Shown here piece by piece: positions 38,207 through 47,849 of a DNA stretch of 64,000 bases (its first letter is position 1; the number at the start of each line of letters is the position of its first letter). The translations under genes were made by a program, and so were the position numbers. This DNA is from Alphaproteobacteria bacterium (GTDB lineage Bacteria; Pseudomonadota; Alphaproteobacteria; Caulobacterales; Parvularculaceae), in contig WGLT01000008.1 in NCBI GenBank assembly GCA_016125425.1, positions 11,445 through 75,444 of the forward strand, given 5' to 3'. The notes beneath the pieces are model-generated. The model saw only the letters and a list, made by a program, of their open reading frames with translations. It was not told where the DNA came from and did no database searches.

Positions 38207-38974
38207 ATGGCGAGGCGATCCCTCTCCTTTCATGCTAGCGCGAGACCGAAGGCCCAAGCGACGGCTGAGGAGTTCAAGAAGCGCTATGGCGACGCCCCGC
38301 CGGAAGAGGCGGACGTTCTCGTCGCGATCGGCGGCGACGGCTTCATGCTGGAGACGCTGCGGATCGCCATGAAGACCGGCAAGCCCGTCTACGGGGTCAA
38401 TTGCGGCACGGTCGGATTCTTGATGAACGCCTTCGATCTCGACGGGCTCGACAAGCGGATCGAAGAGGCGGAAAGCGCCACCATTCATCCGCTCGCAATG
38501 ACGGCGACGAGAATCGACGGCGGGGTCGAGAGCGCGCTCGCGATCAACGAGATCTCCTTGTTCCGGCAAACGCGGCAGAGCGCGCGCGTCAGGATTTCGG
38601 TTAACGGCAAGGTCCGGATGGAATCGCTTATCTGCGACGGGGTGCTGCTGGCCACGCCGGCCGGGTCGACCGCCTATAATCTGTCCGCGCACGGGCCGAT
38701 CCTGCCGATCGACGCGCATTTGCTGGCTCTGACGCCGATCAGCGCCTTTCGGCCGCGGCGGTGGCGCGGCGCGCTCCTGCCCTGCGACGCCGTTGTCGGC
38801 TTCGAAGCGCTGGAGCCGGAGCTGCGTCCGGTCTCGGCGGTCGCCGACAATATCGAAGTCCGGAATGTGCGCGCGGTCGAAGCGCGCGAAGACGCCTCGA
38901 TCTCGATGACCCTCTTGTTCGACAAGGGCCAGTCGCTCGAAGAGCGGATCCTGCGCGAGCAGTTCGATTATTAA
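38207..38974 (+). CDS. nadK: NAD kinase
   Basis: In-frame ATG 38207 ([11 protein letters not shown]...) in ORF 38120..38974. GGDGFML and [16 protein letters not shown] motifs. Confidence 0.9.
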   Translation: MARRSLSFHASARPKAQATAEEFKKRYGDAPPEEADVLVAIGGDGFMLETLRIAMKTGKPVYGVNCGTVGFLMNAFDLDGLDKRIEEAESATIHPLAMTATRIDGGVESALAINEISLFRQTRQSARVRISVNGKVRMESLICDGVLLATPAGSTAYNLSAHGPILPIDAHLLALTPISAFRPRRWRGALLPCDAVVGFEALEPELRPVSAVADNIEVRNVRAVEAREDASISMTLLFDKGQSLEERILREQFDY

Positions 38975-39161
38975 CCATTCGTTCGGCGCGCGCCTTTCTC
39001 TTTCCCTTCAAAGCTGAATCGATTCAGAGTGGGGCTGCGGCCGAGTCGCGCGGCCGCGACCGGGCTCGCGTTCAAACAGAATTAACCGACGCTTCGCAGG
39101 ATGAAGCTTCGCAAGAGGGCGACGCGGGCGGCGCGGGCGACTTCGCAGAGGGAAATTGGAA

Positions 39162-41039
39162 ATGGGCGCCCAGGCAGTTCGATTGTCGAATGTCGACATC
39201 GACAACGCCTTGAAAAACAAGCACTTCGAGGTCCTTTTTCAACCGATCTTCGACCTCGGAAACGGCGCCCTCGCGCGCGTCGAGACTTTTGTCCGCTGGC
39301 GCCATCCCTCGCTCGGCGTCCTGCCGCCCGGCGCGTTCATCTCCTTTTTTGAGTCGCAAGGGCGGATGAGCGAGCTCACCCGCTATGTCCTCGCCGAGGC
39401 GCTGAAGCAGTATTGCGCCTGGCGCGGCCCGAGCGCGCCGGGATTTTCGATCAATCTGGCGCTGAGCGACCTGTCCGACGACGCCTTTGCGGGACGGTTC
39501 GCCGTCTTGCTGCGCGACAGCGGCTTTCCGGCCGATCTGATCACGCTCGAATGCCCGATGCCTCCCGTGACCATGGAGATCGAGGCGGCGGCTGAGTGTT
39601 TCCATCGGCTGGCCGAAACCGGCGCGCGCCTTGCGATTGAAGTGCGCGGGCGCGCCAATGATTTCCTGCGCCAGATCGACCCCTTCCCCTTCGACGAAAT
39701 CAAAACCGGCGGGGCGGCGATCCTGCGTTTCGCCCGCACGGTGCGCGGGCCGGGCCTCAGCGCGATTTCCGAATTGCTGGAGATCGCACAGAAAGCGAAT
39801 GCGGCGATCACAGCCGTCGGCGTCGAAGACCAGGCGTCGCTGTCGGCGCTGCGGGGGCTCGGATTCGCCGCCGCGCAGGGCAACCATCTCGGCAAGGTCG
39901 GACCGCTCGACGCCTTCGAGCCGACACGCGTCAATGACGTTCGCCAATTGCTTGGCCTGCCGCCGCTGTCCCCGGAGGAAATCGGCGCGCTCTTTCGCAC
40001 CGAGGCCCCGACGCCGCTGCCGGCGAATTTCGCCGCCGAAGACGCCGCTCCTCCCGCGCCCGCTTCCGATGTCGGCGAAGACGAACTCGTCGAACGGCTT
40101 GCAGCCCGGCTCGCCCGGCAAGCCGACCAGGACAAGGCGGAGTCCGCCGACGACGCGCCGCGTAAAAAAAAGCCGCGCACGCAAAAAGATCTCAAAGCCG
40201 CGGCCATCGCGCGCGCCAAGCGCAAGGCGGCCGAGAATGCGATCGCCCCGCACAATCCGGACGTATCTCAGGCCCGCAGCCTGCAAGAGCGTTTAACGCG
40301 CGAGTTCGCCGCCGCGCAGGCTGAATCGCCCGCAGAGGAAACCGACGCTTTCGCCTTCGCCGATGAAGACGCGTCGCCCATATCTCCGGAAGAGACCGGA
40401 CAGGCTGAGGCCGCCGCCGCACAATCCGTCGAAACGCCAGCGCCGACGGCCGAGGCCGAGCCTGCGGCCCAGCCCGAATCTGAACCCGCCGCTCAAGCGC
40501 CGGCCGAAGAAGAGTCCGACTCACAGCCTGCCGAAGCGACGGCGCCGACAGAACCCGTCGCCGAGCCGGGCGCGACGATCCGTTCGCTCCTCGTCAAGGG
40601 CGCCCGCGCTTATTTCAGACCGGGTTATTTCGTGCGCGCCGCGCGCCCGCTCGCGCCGGCCCGCATGACGGAGATGCGCCCGTCCGTCGCGCCGGCCCGC
40701 ATGACGGAGATGCGCCCGTCCGTCGCGCCGGCCGCGCCTCCCGCTGCGGGCGAAAAGGACAAGTCGGCGCCCGTTCTCGAAACGCCGGTCGAAGAATTTG
40801 AAATCGCCGCGATCGATGTCGGCGAAGAGGTCGAATCCGGGACGGACGTCGCCGCAGCGTCGCAAGCGGCCGAAATCAGCGCCGCCCCCGCGGCGACCCG
40901 GCGCCGTCGCCGTAAGCCGCGCAATTTCCTGACACGGAAATACCAGGTCTGGCCGACCCATTTCTGGCCAAGAAGCTGGAAGCGCGCCTGGCGCAAGCGT
41001 CGGAGCGAACGCCGGACAGAACCCGCAGCGGCGGAATAA
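39162..41039 (+). CDS. degenerate EAL-domain protein with long disordered acidic region and basic/aromatic C-terminus
   Basis: ORF 39156..41039 (TTG); ATG at 39162. The N-terminal ~250 aa align by eye to an EAL fold (FEVLFQPIFDL..ARVETFVRW..SINLA..AVGVEDQ..AAAQGNHLG), but the DDFGTG loop reads IEVRGRAN. The rest is Ala/Pro/Glu-rich and ends RRRRRKPRNFLTRKYQVWPTHFWPRSWKRAWRKRRSERR. Confidence 0.8.
   Translation: MGAQAVRLSNVDIDNALKNKHFEVLFQPIFDLGNGALARVETFVRWRHPSLGVLPPGAFISFFESQGRMSELTRYVLAEALKQYCAWRGPSAPGFSINLALSDLSDDAFAGRFAVLLRDSGFPADLITLECPMPPVTMEIEAAAECFHRLAETGARLAIEVRGRANDFLRQIDPFPFDEIKTGGAAILRFARTVRGPGLSAISELLEIAQKANAAITAVGVEDQASLSALRGLGFAAAQGNHLGKVGPLDAFEPTRVNDVRQLLGLPPLSPEEIGALFRTEAPTPLPANFAAEDAAPPAPASDVGEDELVERLAARLARQADQDKAESADDAPRKKKPRTQKDLKAAAIARAKRKAAENAIAPHNPDVSQARSLQERLTREFAAAQAESPAEETDAFAFADEDASPISPEETGQAEAAAAQSVETPAPTAEAEPAAQPESEPAAQAPAEEESDSQPAEATAPTEPVAEPGATIRSLLVKGARAYFRPGYFVRAARPLAPARMTEMRPSVAPARMTEMRPSVAPAAPPAAGEKDKSAPVLETPVEEFEIAAIDVGEEVESGTDVAAASQAAEISAAPAATRRRRRKPRNFLTRKYQVWPTHFWPRSWKRAWRKRRSERRTEPAAAE
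40653..40724 (+). repeat. perfect 36-bp in-frame tandem duplication
   Basis: GCGCCGGCCCGCATGACGGAGATGCGCCCGTCCGTC occurs twice back to back (40653-40688, 40689-40724), then a 9-nt partial third copy. It encodes APARMTEMRPSV twice. Confidence 0.95.
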
Positions 41040-41054
41040 TCAACAATAATCAAC
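41035..41054 (+). repeat. 10-bp tandem duplication spanning the stop codon of the EAL-like gene
   Basis: AATAATCAAC AATAATCAAC. The TAA stop (41037-41039) lies in the first unit. Confidence 0.9.
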
Positions 41055-41075
41055 AGAGCGCCGCGAAAGCGCGTC

Positions 41076-42413
41076 TTAGTCCTGCGCCGGAATGATCGAC
41101 TTGGAGTCGATGCCGAGCGCTTCCGGCGTCAAAACGCCCGCGGCGGCGAGAAGCGCGAAAGACGCCACCCGCTGATCGCGTTCGGCGTTGGCGAGGCTCA
41201 CCTTGGCGTTCAGATATTCCTGCTCGGCGTTCAGCACATCGAGCGTCGAACGCGTGCCGACCTGCGCTTCTTTCTTCACCCCTTCCAGCGCGAGCTTATT
41301 CGCGGCGACCTGCGCGGTCGCCGAATCGATTGTGATCTTCGCGGCGATGAGTTTCTGCCAGGCGGAGGTCACGTTCGCCGTCGCCCCCCGGATCGCCTCG
41401 TCGATCGCGGCGACATCGCTATCGTGGAGCGCGCGCGCCTGGCGCACGCCCGACCAGTTGCGCCCGCCGAGGAAGAGAGGCATCGTCGCACGCACCCCAT
41501 AGGCGAAGGTCTCATCCTTGTTGATAAAACTGTTCGGCTCGTCCGAATACTGATATTGCGCCGTCGCCGATATTTTCGGCAATAGCTCGGCTTTCGCGAT
41601 CCCGATCTGACGGCGACTCGCTTCAGCCTGTTCGCGCGCGGCGACAACGCTCGGCGCGTAGTCGCCGGCGAGCGCAATCGCCGCGTCGAGCGTTTCAGGC
41701 AGTTCGGGCAGCGGCGGCGCGGCGTCGAGCGTGCCCGGCGACTGGCCGACAAGCTCGGCGTAGGTCGCGCGCGAGACAGCAAGCTGGGCCTGCGCGCCGG
41801 CGAGACCGGCGCGCGCGCCCGCCAGGCGCGCTTCGGCCTGCGATACGTCCGTTTTCGTCACTTCCCCGACTTTGAATCGAAGATCGGTTTCGCGCTTTTG
41901 CTCCTGAAGGAGCTCCACATTGTTGAGGTTCGACTGATAGATCGCGGTGTCGCGCAATACGTCGAAATAGGCCGTCGCAACGCGCCTTAAAATGTCCTGC
42001 TCCACGGAAGCGAGGCGCGCGCCGCCCGCCTTGACGCGCGCGCGCGCCTGCATGATCGCGTTGTAGTTCTTGAATCCGTTGAAGATGACCTGTTCGCCTG
42101 AAACCGTTCCGACCGCCGGATTGAGGCGATAGGTCTGCGGCGAACCGTTGGGGGCGAGCACGGGGCTGAAGGTCACTTTGTCGCGGGTGCGCCCGTATGA
42201 GCCGCTGCCCTGAAGCTGCGGCAATGCGCCCGCCCAGGCCTGCGCCTTGTATTCCTCGGTCGCTTTCAACCGCGAGCGCTCGGCGCGAATCGTCGGATTC
42301 GTCGAATAGGCGAGCGCAAGCGCATCCTTCAACGATTCCGCGTTTGCTGCGATTGGCGGGCAAACCGCCAGAGAGACCGCAGCCAGCGCCGAAACCATAT
42401 GTGAAAGCCGCAT
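41076..42413 (-). CDS. TolC-family outer-membrane efflux/type I secretion protein
   Basis: 445-aa ORF. Signal peptide, then ESLKDALALAYSTNPTIRAERSRLKATEE and a second repeat half, as in TolC. Confidence 0.9.
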   Translation of the reverse strand: MRLSHMVSALAAVSLAVCPPIAANAESLKDALALAYSTNPTIRAERSRLKATEEYKAQAWAGALPQLQGSGSYGRTRDKVTFSPVLAPNGSPQTYRLNPAVGTVSGEQVIFNGFKNYNAIMQARARVKAGGARLASVEQDILRRVATAYFDVLRDTAIYQSNLNNVELLQEQKRETDLRFKVGEVTKTDVSQAEARLAGARAGLAGAQAQLAVSRATYAELVGQSPGTLDAAPPLPELPETLDAAIALAGDYAPSVVAAREQAEASRRQIGIAKAELLPKISATAQYQYSDEPNSFINKDETFAYGVRATMPLFLGGRNWSGVRQARALHDSDVAAIDEAIRGATANVTSAWQKLIAAKITIDSATAQVAANKLALEGVKKEAQVGTRSTLDVLNAEQEYLNAKVSLANAERDQRVASFALLAAAGVLTPEALGIDSKSIIPAQD

Positions 42414-42421
42414 CGCGCGCG

Positions 42422-42438
42422 CCTCCTCATCAAGGAGG
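42422..42438 (-). other. hairpin able to sequester the SD of the TolC-family gene
   Basis: The minus strand reads CCTCC-TTGATGA-GGAGG-CGCGCGCG-ATG. The GGAGG SD, 8 nt before the ATG, pairs with CCTCC. Confidence 0.3.
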
Positions 42439-42536
42439 GGCCAGCCGCCCCCCGGTCTTGCTTAATCCTTTGCTAGATAATGATGGCCGACCATTAAACA
42501 AACGGAAAATGATGCAGCGCAAACCGGCCGCTCCGG

Positions 42537-43496
42537 CTAGGGCGCAAGCAGGGCCGCGCCGATCAACGGGGCCTCATCGGTCGTCAGCAGCCGGACGGGG
42601 ATCGCATTCATATAATCGGTCATCGGCCCGCGCGCGCAAAAGCGCCGGGCGAATGCGCCGCCCCGCAGGACTTCTTCGATCTTCGGCAGGATGCCGCCGG
42701 CGAGCACGACCCCGCCGCGCGCGCCCGCCATCAAGGCCGCATCGGCCGCGAAAGCGCCGAGGACGGCGCAGAATGTTTCGGCGGTCCGGCGCGCGCGCGG
42801 GCAGCGCTCGCCCAGCGCGGCCTGGGAAATCTCCTCCGGGCGCAGCGCCTCGTAAGGCGCGCCTTCGATCGCCGAAAGCGCCCGGTGAATGGCGACGAGG
42901 CCGCGTCCCGACAACAAATGCTCGAAGGAGACGAAATCCTGCTCTTTCAGCAGAAAGCGCAGGATCTCGATCTCGAGGTCGGATTGCGGGGAGAAAGCGG
43001 CGTGGCCGCCTTGCGTCGCAATCGCGTGAACGGCGCCGCCCAGAAACATGACAAGTCCCATGCCGAGACCCGTTCCGGGACCGAGAACCGCGATCGGGGC
43101 GCCTTCGAGCGCTGCGCCCTCTTTGATCAGAACCGATTCCTCAGGCCCCGTCGCGACGGCGCCGCGGGCCATCGCCTCGAAATCATTGACGACGCGCAAA
43201 GCGCCGCAGCCGATTCGGCCTGACACTTCCTTTTGCGAAAACCGCCAGGGGGAATTCGTGAAGACGACGAGATCCCCCCGCACCGGCGCGGCGACCGCGA
43301 ATATCGCCGCCTCCGGCCGAGGCCCGTCCCAGGCGCGGAGGAAATCGAGCGCGGCGTCTGCGACCCCCTCATACGCCTCCGCCTCGGCCGCCTGCTTGGC
43401 GACAATCCGCACGCCTTGCCCGCGCCGCTCCGCCATGGCGAAGCGGGCGTTCGTGCCGCCGATATCGGCGACGAGAAGTAGGCGCGCCTCGCTCAT
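42537..43496 (-). CDS. glk: glucokinase
   Basis: 319-aa ORF. LLVADIGGTNARFA ATP-binding motif; overall Glk-like. Confidence 0.9.
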   Translation of the reverse strand: MSEARLLLVADIGGTNARFAMAERRGQGVRIVAKQAAEAEAYEGVADAALDFLRAWDGPRPEAAIFAVAAPVRGDLVVFTNSPWRFSQKEVSGRIGCGALRVVNDFEAMARGAVATGPEESVLIKEGAALEGAPIAVLGPGTGLGMGLVMFLGGAVHAIATQGGHAAFSPQSDLEIEILRFLLKEQDFVSFEHLLSGRGLVAIHRALSAIEGAPYEALRPEEISQAALGERCPRARRTAETFCAVLGAFAADAALMAGARGGVVLAGGILPKIEEVLRGGAFARRFCARGPMTDYMNAIPVRLLTTDEAPLIGAALLAP

Positions 43497-43755
43497 CGTT
43501 CTATTTCATCACGATTTCAGGCTCTTAGGCAATTCCGTCCGCTTTGCAAGCCCGCCCCGGGCGCCGCGCCGGAGCAGGCAGCCGATCCGCGCGGCGAGGG
43601 CATTTGCTCCGATGACGGAATTTTCAATGTGAAGCAATCCTGTCTTTTGCTCGCAACAATTCCTTTTGAGCCGGGAATCCTTTATCATTTCGCATTCAGC
43701 AGTAAGACGGCCGCCGCAATTCAGGAGAGAAATAGCGGCATAAGGGTCAGGAATT

Positions 43756-45393
43756 ATGAAGCGCGGCGAAAGCTACGACGTAATCATTATCGGCGGCGGG
43801 CATAACGGTCTCGTTTGCGCTTTCTACCTCGCCCGGGCCGGATGGCGAGTCTGCGTCGCCGAGCGGCGGGAGATCGTGGGCGGGGCGGCGATCACCGAAG
43901 AATTCCATCCTGGCTTCCGCAACTCCGTCGCCAGCTATTCGGTGAGCCTGCTCAATCCGAAAATCATTTCGGACATGCAGCTTGAGCGCCACCGGCTGCG
44001 CGTCGTGATGCGGCCGATGGCCTATTTCGCCCCGGCCGACGACGGGCGATATCTGCTGCTGAGCCGGGACGACGCCGAGAACGACGCCGCGTTGCGGCGC
44101 TTCTCCGCGAAAGACGCGGAAGCCTATCACCGCTATCACGCAAGGCTCGACAAACTCGTCGATCTTCTGCGGGAGACGCTCCTCGAAACGCCGCCGAATG
44201 TCGGCGGAGGAGTCCGGGACTTTCTCGGCGCAGCCTCGATCGCCAACAAGCTGCGAAAGCTCGGCATAGAAAGCCAGCGCGACTTTCTCGATCTTTTCGG
44301 CAAGAGCGCCGGCGAAATTCTCGACAACTGGTTCGAGACCGATCTTTTGAAAGGCGTCCTCGGTTTCGATGCGATCGTCGGCAATTACGGCAGCCCCTAT
44401 ACGCCGGGATCGGCTTACGTTCTGCTTCACCACATTTTCGGGGAGGCTGGCGGCGTCAAGGGCGCCTGGGGTCACGCCATGGGCGGCATGGGCGCGATCA
44501 CGCAGGCCATGGCGAGCGCTTGCCGCGAGGCCGGCGTCGAAATCCGGCTTTCGAGCCCGGTGCGCGAAGTCATCATCGAGGACGATCGCGCCGAAGGGGT
44601 GGTGCTCGAAAGCGGCGAAGCGCTTTACGCGCGCGCCGTCGCCTCGAACATTCATCCGCAGCTCCTTTACGGCAAGCTGATCGACGAGTCGCTCTTGCCG
44701 CCGGATTTCGCCGAACGCATACGCAACTGGCATTCCGCCTCTGGCGTCTTCCGTATGAATGTCGCCTTGTCGGAACTGCCGAACTTCTCCTGCCTGCCGT
44801 CGGACGGAGTCGCGCGCCAGCACGGCGCCTCGATCCTGATCGCGCCCAGCCTCGATTATCTGGACGAAGCCTATACCGATGCGCGCCGATTCGGCTGGTC
44901 GCGCCGGCCGGCGATCGAAATGCATATTCCAAGCGTCATCGACGAAAGTCTGGCGCCGCCGGGCCAGCATGTCGCGAGCCTGTTCTGCCAGTATTTCGCG
45001 CCCGAACTGCCGGGCGGACAAAGCTGGGACGAACGCCGCGACGAAGCCGCCGACGCGATCATCGATACGATCACGCGCTATGCGCCGAATTTCCGTTCTT
45101 CGATCATCGGGCGGATGACGCTTTCGCCGCTCGACCTCGAGCGCAAGCTCGCCCTCGTCGGCGGCGATATCTTCCACGGCCAGCTTCGCCTCGACCAGCT
45201 GTTCAGCGCGCGCCCCGTCCTCGGCCACGCCGATTATCGCGGCCCCTTCAAAGGGCTTTATATGTGCGGCTCCTCAACCCATCCGGGCGGCGGCGTCACC
45301 GGCGTTCCCGGCCATAACGCCGCCCATGAAATCCTGCGCGACATCCGGCGGCTCAAGGCGCCCGCCCCGCCGCGCGCCGAGGCGGCCGAATGA
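43756..45393 (+). CDS. FAD/NAD(P)-dependent oxidoreductase, phytoene-desaturase (CrtI)-related
   Basis: 545-aa ORF. YDVIIIGGGHNGLVCAFYLARAG dinucleotide fold. The C-terminal GSSTHPGGGVTGVPG motif is typical of the CrtI-like family. Confidence 0.85.
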   Translation: MKRGESYDVIIIGGGHNGLVCAFYLARAGWRVCVAERREIVGGAAITEEFHPGFRNSVASYSVSLLNPKIISDMQLERHRLRVVMRPMAYFAPADDGRYLLLSRDDAENDAALRRFSAKDAEAYHRYHARLDKLVDLLRETLLETPPNVGGGVRDFLGAASIANKLRKLGIESQRDFLDLFGKSAGEILDNWFETDLLKGVLGFDAIVGNYGSPYTPGSAYVLLHHIFGEAGGVKGAWGHAMGGMGAITQAMASACREAGVEIRLSSPVREVIIEDDRAEGVVLESGEALYARAVASNIHPQLLYGKLIDESLLPPDFAERIRNWHSASGVFRMNVALSELPNFSCLPSDGVARQHGASILIAPSLDYLDEAYTDARRFGWSRRPAIEMHIPSVIDESLAPPGQHVASLFCQYFAPELPGGQSWDERRDEAADAIIDTITRYAPNFRSSIIGRMTLSPLDLERKLALVGGDIFHGQLRLDQLFSARPVLGHADYRGPFKGLYMCGSSTHPGGGVTGVPGHNAAHEILRDIRRLKAPAPPRAEAAE

Positions 45394-47849
45394 GGGCGCT
45401 TCTCGCAGCCCTGCTCCTCGTCGGGCTTGCGGCGCCGGCGCAGGCCGCGCTCGATCTTTCGAAGGCCTCGATAACAAGGCTCGACAACGGCCTGACTCTG
45501 ATCGTCCTCGAAGATCACGCCTTTCCGGTCGTCAGCGTGCAGACCACCTATAAGGCCGGCGGCAAGAACGATCCGCGCGGGCGTATGGGCCTCGCCCATT
45601 TCGTCGAACATATGGCGTTTCGCCAGTCCAAGAACTTCCCCGGCGTTTCGCTTGCGAGCTCGGTCTACGCCGTCGGCGGCGAATGGCACGGCTATACCTG
45701 GATCGATACGACCAACTATTTCGAAACCGCTCCGAAATCCTCGCTCGATTTGCTGCTCAGGATTGAAGCCGACCGCATGGGCCGGCTCGAACTCGATCCC
45801 GAAGACGTCAAGGCCGAAGCCGGCGCCGTCATCTCCGAGATGAGGGGCTATGAGAACGATCCGTCCTCGTTGCTCTACGACGCCGTGCTCGCAAGCGCCT
45901 TCGCCGTCCATCCCTATCGTCTCAACACGATCGGATATGAAGCAAGCGTCAAGTCGATCACGCGCGATGACGTGGCGGCCTTCTACGAAACGCATTACGC
46001 GCCTTCGAATGCGGTGCTCGCGGTCGTCGGCGATGTCGACGCCGTCGCCGTCGCGAGGTCGGTCGAGAAATATTTCGGCGCCTTTCCCGAAGGCGAGCCC
46101 ACGCCCCTGCCGCCGGCGAGCGAACCCGCGCAGACCGGCGAGAGACGCGTGCGCCTGGAAGGCGCGACCGACCGGCAGCTGTTCAAGATCGCCTACCCCG
46201 CGCCCTCGGCGCGCAGCGAAGACTTCGCGGCCTTTCTGATCCTCGTCGATCTGGCGGGCGCCAGTTCCGGAATCAATTTCGACCAGAATGCATGGGGCGA
46301 TCCGGTGCGCGCCGATTCCGCCCTTGGCGGCGTCACGCCGGACATCACGACATTCTTTATCCCCACCGCTGAACCCTATGTATTCATGGTCTCCGGCTCG
46401 CTCGGCGTCCGCTCCAGCGAGAAGGCGCTTGAGGACGCGGTGCAGCGGCGCCTGTCGGCCTTGCAGACGCATGTGACGCAGGATGCGGTCGACGCCGCCC
46501 GGCAACGCGTTTTGAAAGCGCTCGCCTTCGACGTGCAAACAACCGGGGACGCCGCCCATCAGCTCGCCTATTTCGAAGGGATCGGGGCGCTCAACCAGCT
46601 CTTTAATATAAAGGCGCGGCTTGCCGCGGTAACCGCGAAAGATGTCATGCGCGTCGCCAGGCTCTATCTCGATCCGAGGCGGCGCACCATCGGCTGGATG
46701 ACGCCGAAAGGCGCGCCGCTCGCCGCGCTTCCCAAACCGCGCCGCGCGCTCAAGCCTTCCGAGCCGCGCGCCGGCGCGGCGGCCGATCCCGAACCGGCGC
46801 CGCCGCTGACGATGCGGACTCTGGACGGCGGCGTACCCGTCGCGATCCAGGCCTCGCCGCTTTCGCCGACAGCGGCGATCGAGATTGTCGCGCCGGGCGC
46901 GCTGACAGCGCCGGCCGGCGCCGTCTCCGTCCGGAAGGATGATCCGGCGCCCGGCTATACGACGCTCGCCGTGACGGGACTTGCGCGCGACTTCGACGCC
47001 ATGGTCGCCGACGCCGCCGCCGCGTGGAAGAAAGCGTCCTTCGCCGCGCCGCAAGCGCCCGCGCCGAGCGAGGACCCGCAAACGCGGCTGCGACAAATCT
47101 TTGATCGCATGATGAACGCCCCCTCGCCCGCGGCCGGCGCGCCCGCGCCGCTTTTCATCGCCGCCGCCGGCGATTTCGATCCGGAAAATGCGCTCGCGAC
47201 GCTCGACGCCGCCTTTTCCTCGGTTTCGCCCGCCACCGAAGTCGGCGCGGCGGCGAGCGAGGACAGTCTGGGCGATGTCGTCGAAACAATCGCCGCGCCG
47301 AAGGCGCAGGCGGCGCTCGGCTATATCGCCAAGGCGCCCGGCGGCGACAGCGCCGACTCGCTCGCCTGGCGCATCGCGCTTTACATCCTCGCCCATGATT
47401 ATGGCGGCCGGCTCGGCGAAGAAGCGATCTCGAAGCGCGGGCTGCTTTATTATATCGACGCCGAATACCGCCTCGACCGAAAACGCGGCTGGGCGAGCCT
47501 CGCCATGGGCGTCGATCCGAACAAGCTCGACGCCCTGCGATCTCTCCTGAAAGAACAACTGAAAGACATGGCGGACCATCCGCCGTCGAACAGCGAGATC
47601 GCCGAAGCCAAACGCTGGATACTGGGCCGCAAGATCAGCGCCGCCCAGTCCAACGAAGACCTCGCCGAGGCGTATGTCCGCGAATTCGTGGCGCATGGCG
47701 CGCTGCGCGACCGGGCGGCGCTGAAGGCGGGCCTCGACGCGATTACGCGCGACGATATTATCGCCATACTGCCTGAATTGACTTCAGGAGCCATCGTCGC
47801 CGTCAAGGTCGGCGGCGCATCCGCCGAAGGACAGGAGCAACGCCCATGA
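45390..47849 (+). CDS. secreted M16 (pitrilysin/insulinase) family zinc peptidase, double-length
   Basis: 819-aa ORF whose ATG overlaps the upstream stop (ATGA). Signal peptide MRALLAALLLVGLAAPAQA. HxxEH motif HFVEHMAF with downstream ISEMRGYEND. A second, non-catalytic M16-like half. Confidence 0.88.
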   Translation: MRALLAALLLVGLAAPAQAALDLSKASITRLDNGLTLIVLEDHAFPVVSVQTTYKAGGKNDPRGRMGLAHFVEHMAFRQSKNFPGVSLASSVYAVGGEWHGYTWIDTTNYFETAPKSSLDLLLRIEADRMGRLELDPEDVKAEAGAVISEMRGYENDPSSLLYDAVLASAFAVHPYRLNTIGYEASVKSITRDDVAAFYETHYAPSNAVLAVVGDVDAVAVARSVEKYFGAFPEGEPTPLPPASEPAQTGERRVRLEGATDRQLFKIAYPAPSARSEDFAAFLILVDLAGASSGINFDQNAWGDPVRADSALGGVTPDITTFFIPTAEPYVFMVSGSLGVRSSEKALEDAVQRRLSALQTHVTQDAVDAARQRVLKALAFDVQTTGDAAHQLAYFEGIGALNQLFNIKARLAAVTAKDVMRVARLYLDPRRRTIGWMTPKGAPLAALPKPRRALKPSEPRAGAAADPEPAPPLTMRTLDGGVPVAIQASPLSPTAAIEIVAPGALTAPAGAVSVRKDDPAPGYTTLAVTGLARDFDAMVADAAAAWKKASFAAPQAPAPSEDPQTRLRQIFDRMMNAPSPAAGAPAPLFIAAAGDFDPENALATLDAAFSSVSPATEVGAAASEDSLGDVVETIAAPKAQAALGYIAKAPGGDSADSLAWRIALYILAHDYGGRLGEEAISKRGLLYYIDAEYRLDRKRGWASLAMGVDPNKLDALRSLLKEQLKDMADHPPSNSEIAEAKRWILGRKISAAQSNEDLAEAYVREFVAHGALRDRAALKAGLDAITRDDIIAILPELTSGAIVAVKVGGASAEGQEQRP

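Noticed and set aside
43600-43635. Six-codon ORF ATG-ACG-GAA-TTT-TCA-ATG-TGA (MTEFSM) upstream of the FAD/M16/Rieske trio, considered as a RiPP or PQQ-like precursor.
   Set aside because: No SD, far too short, and none of the PqqA-type E-x3-Y spacing. Most likely chance.
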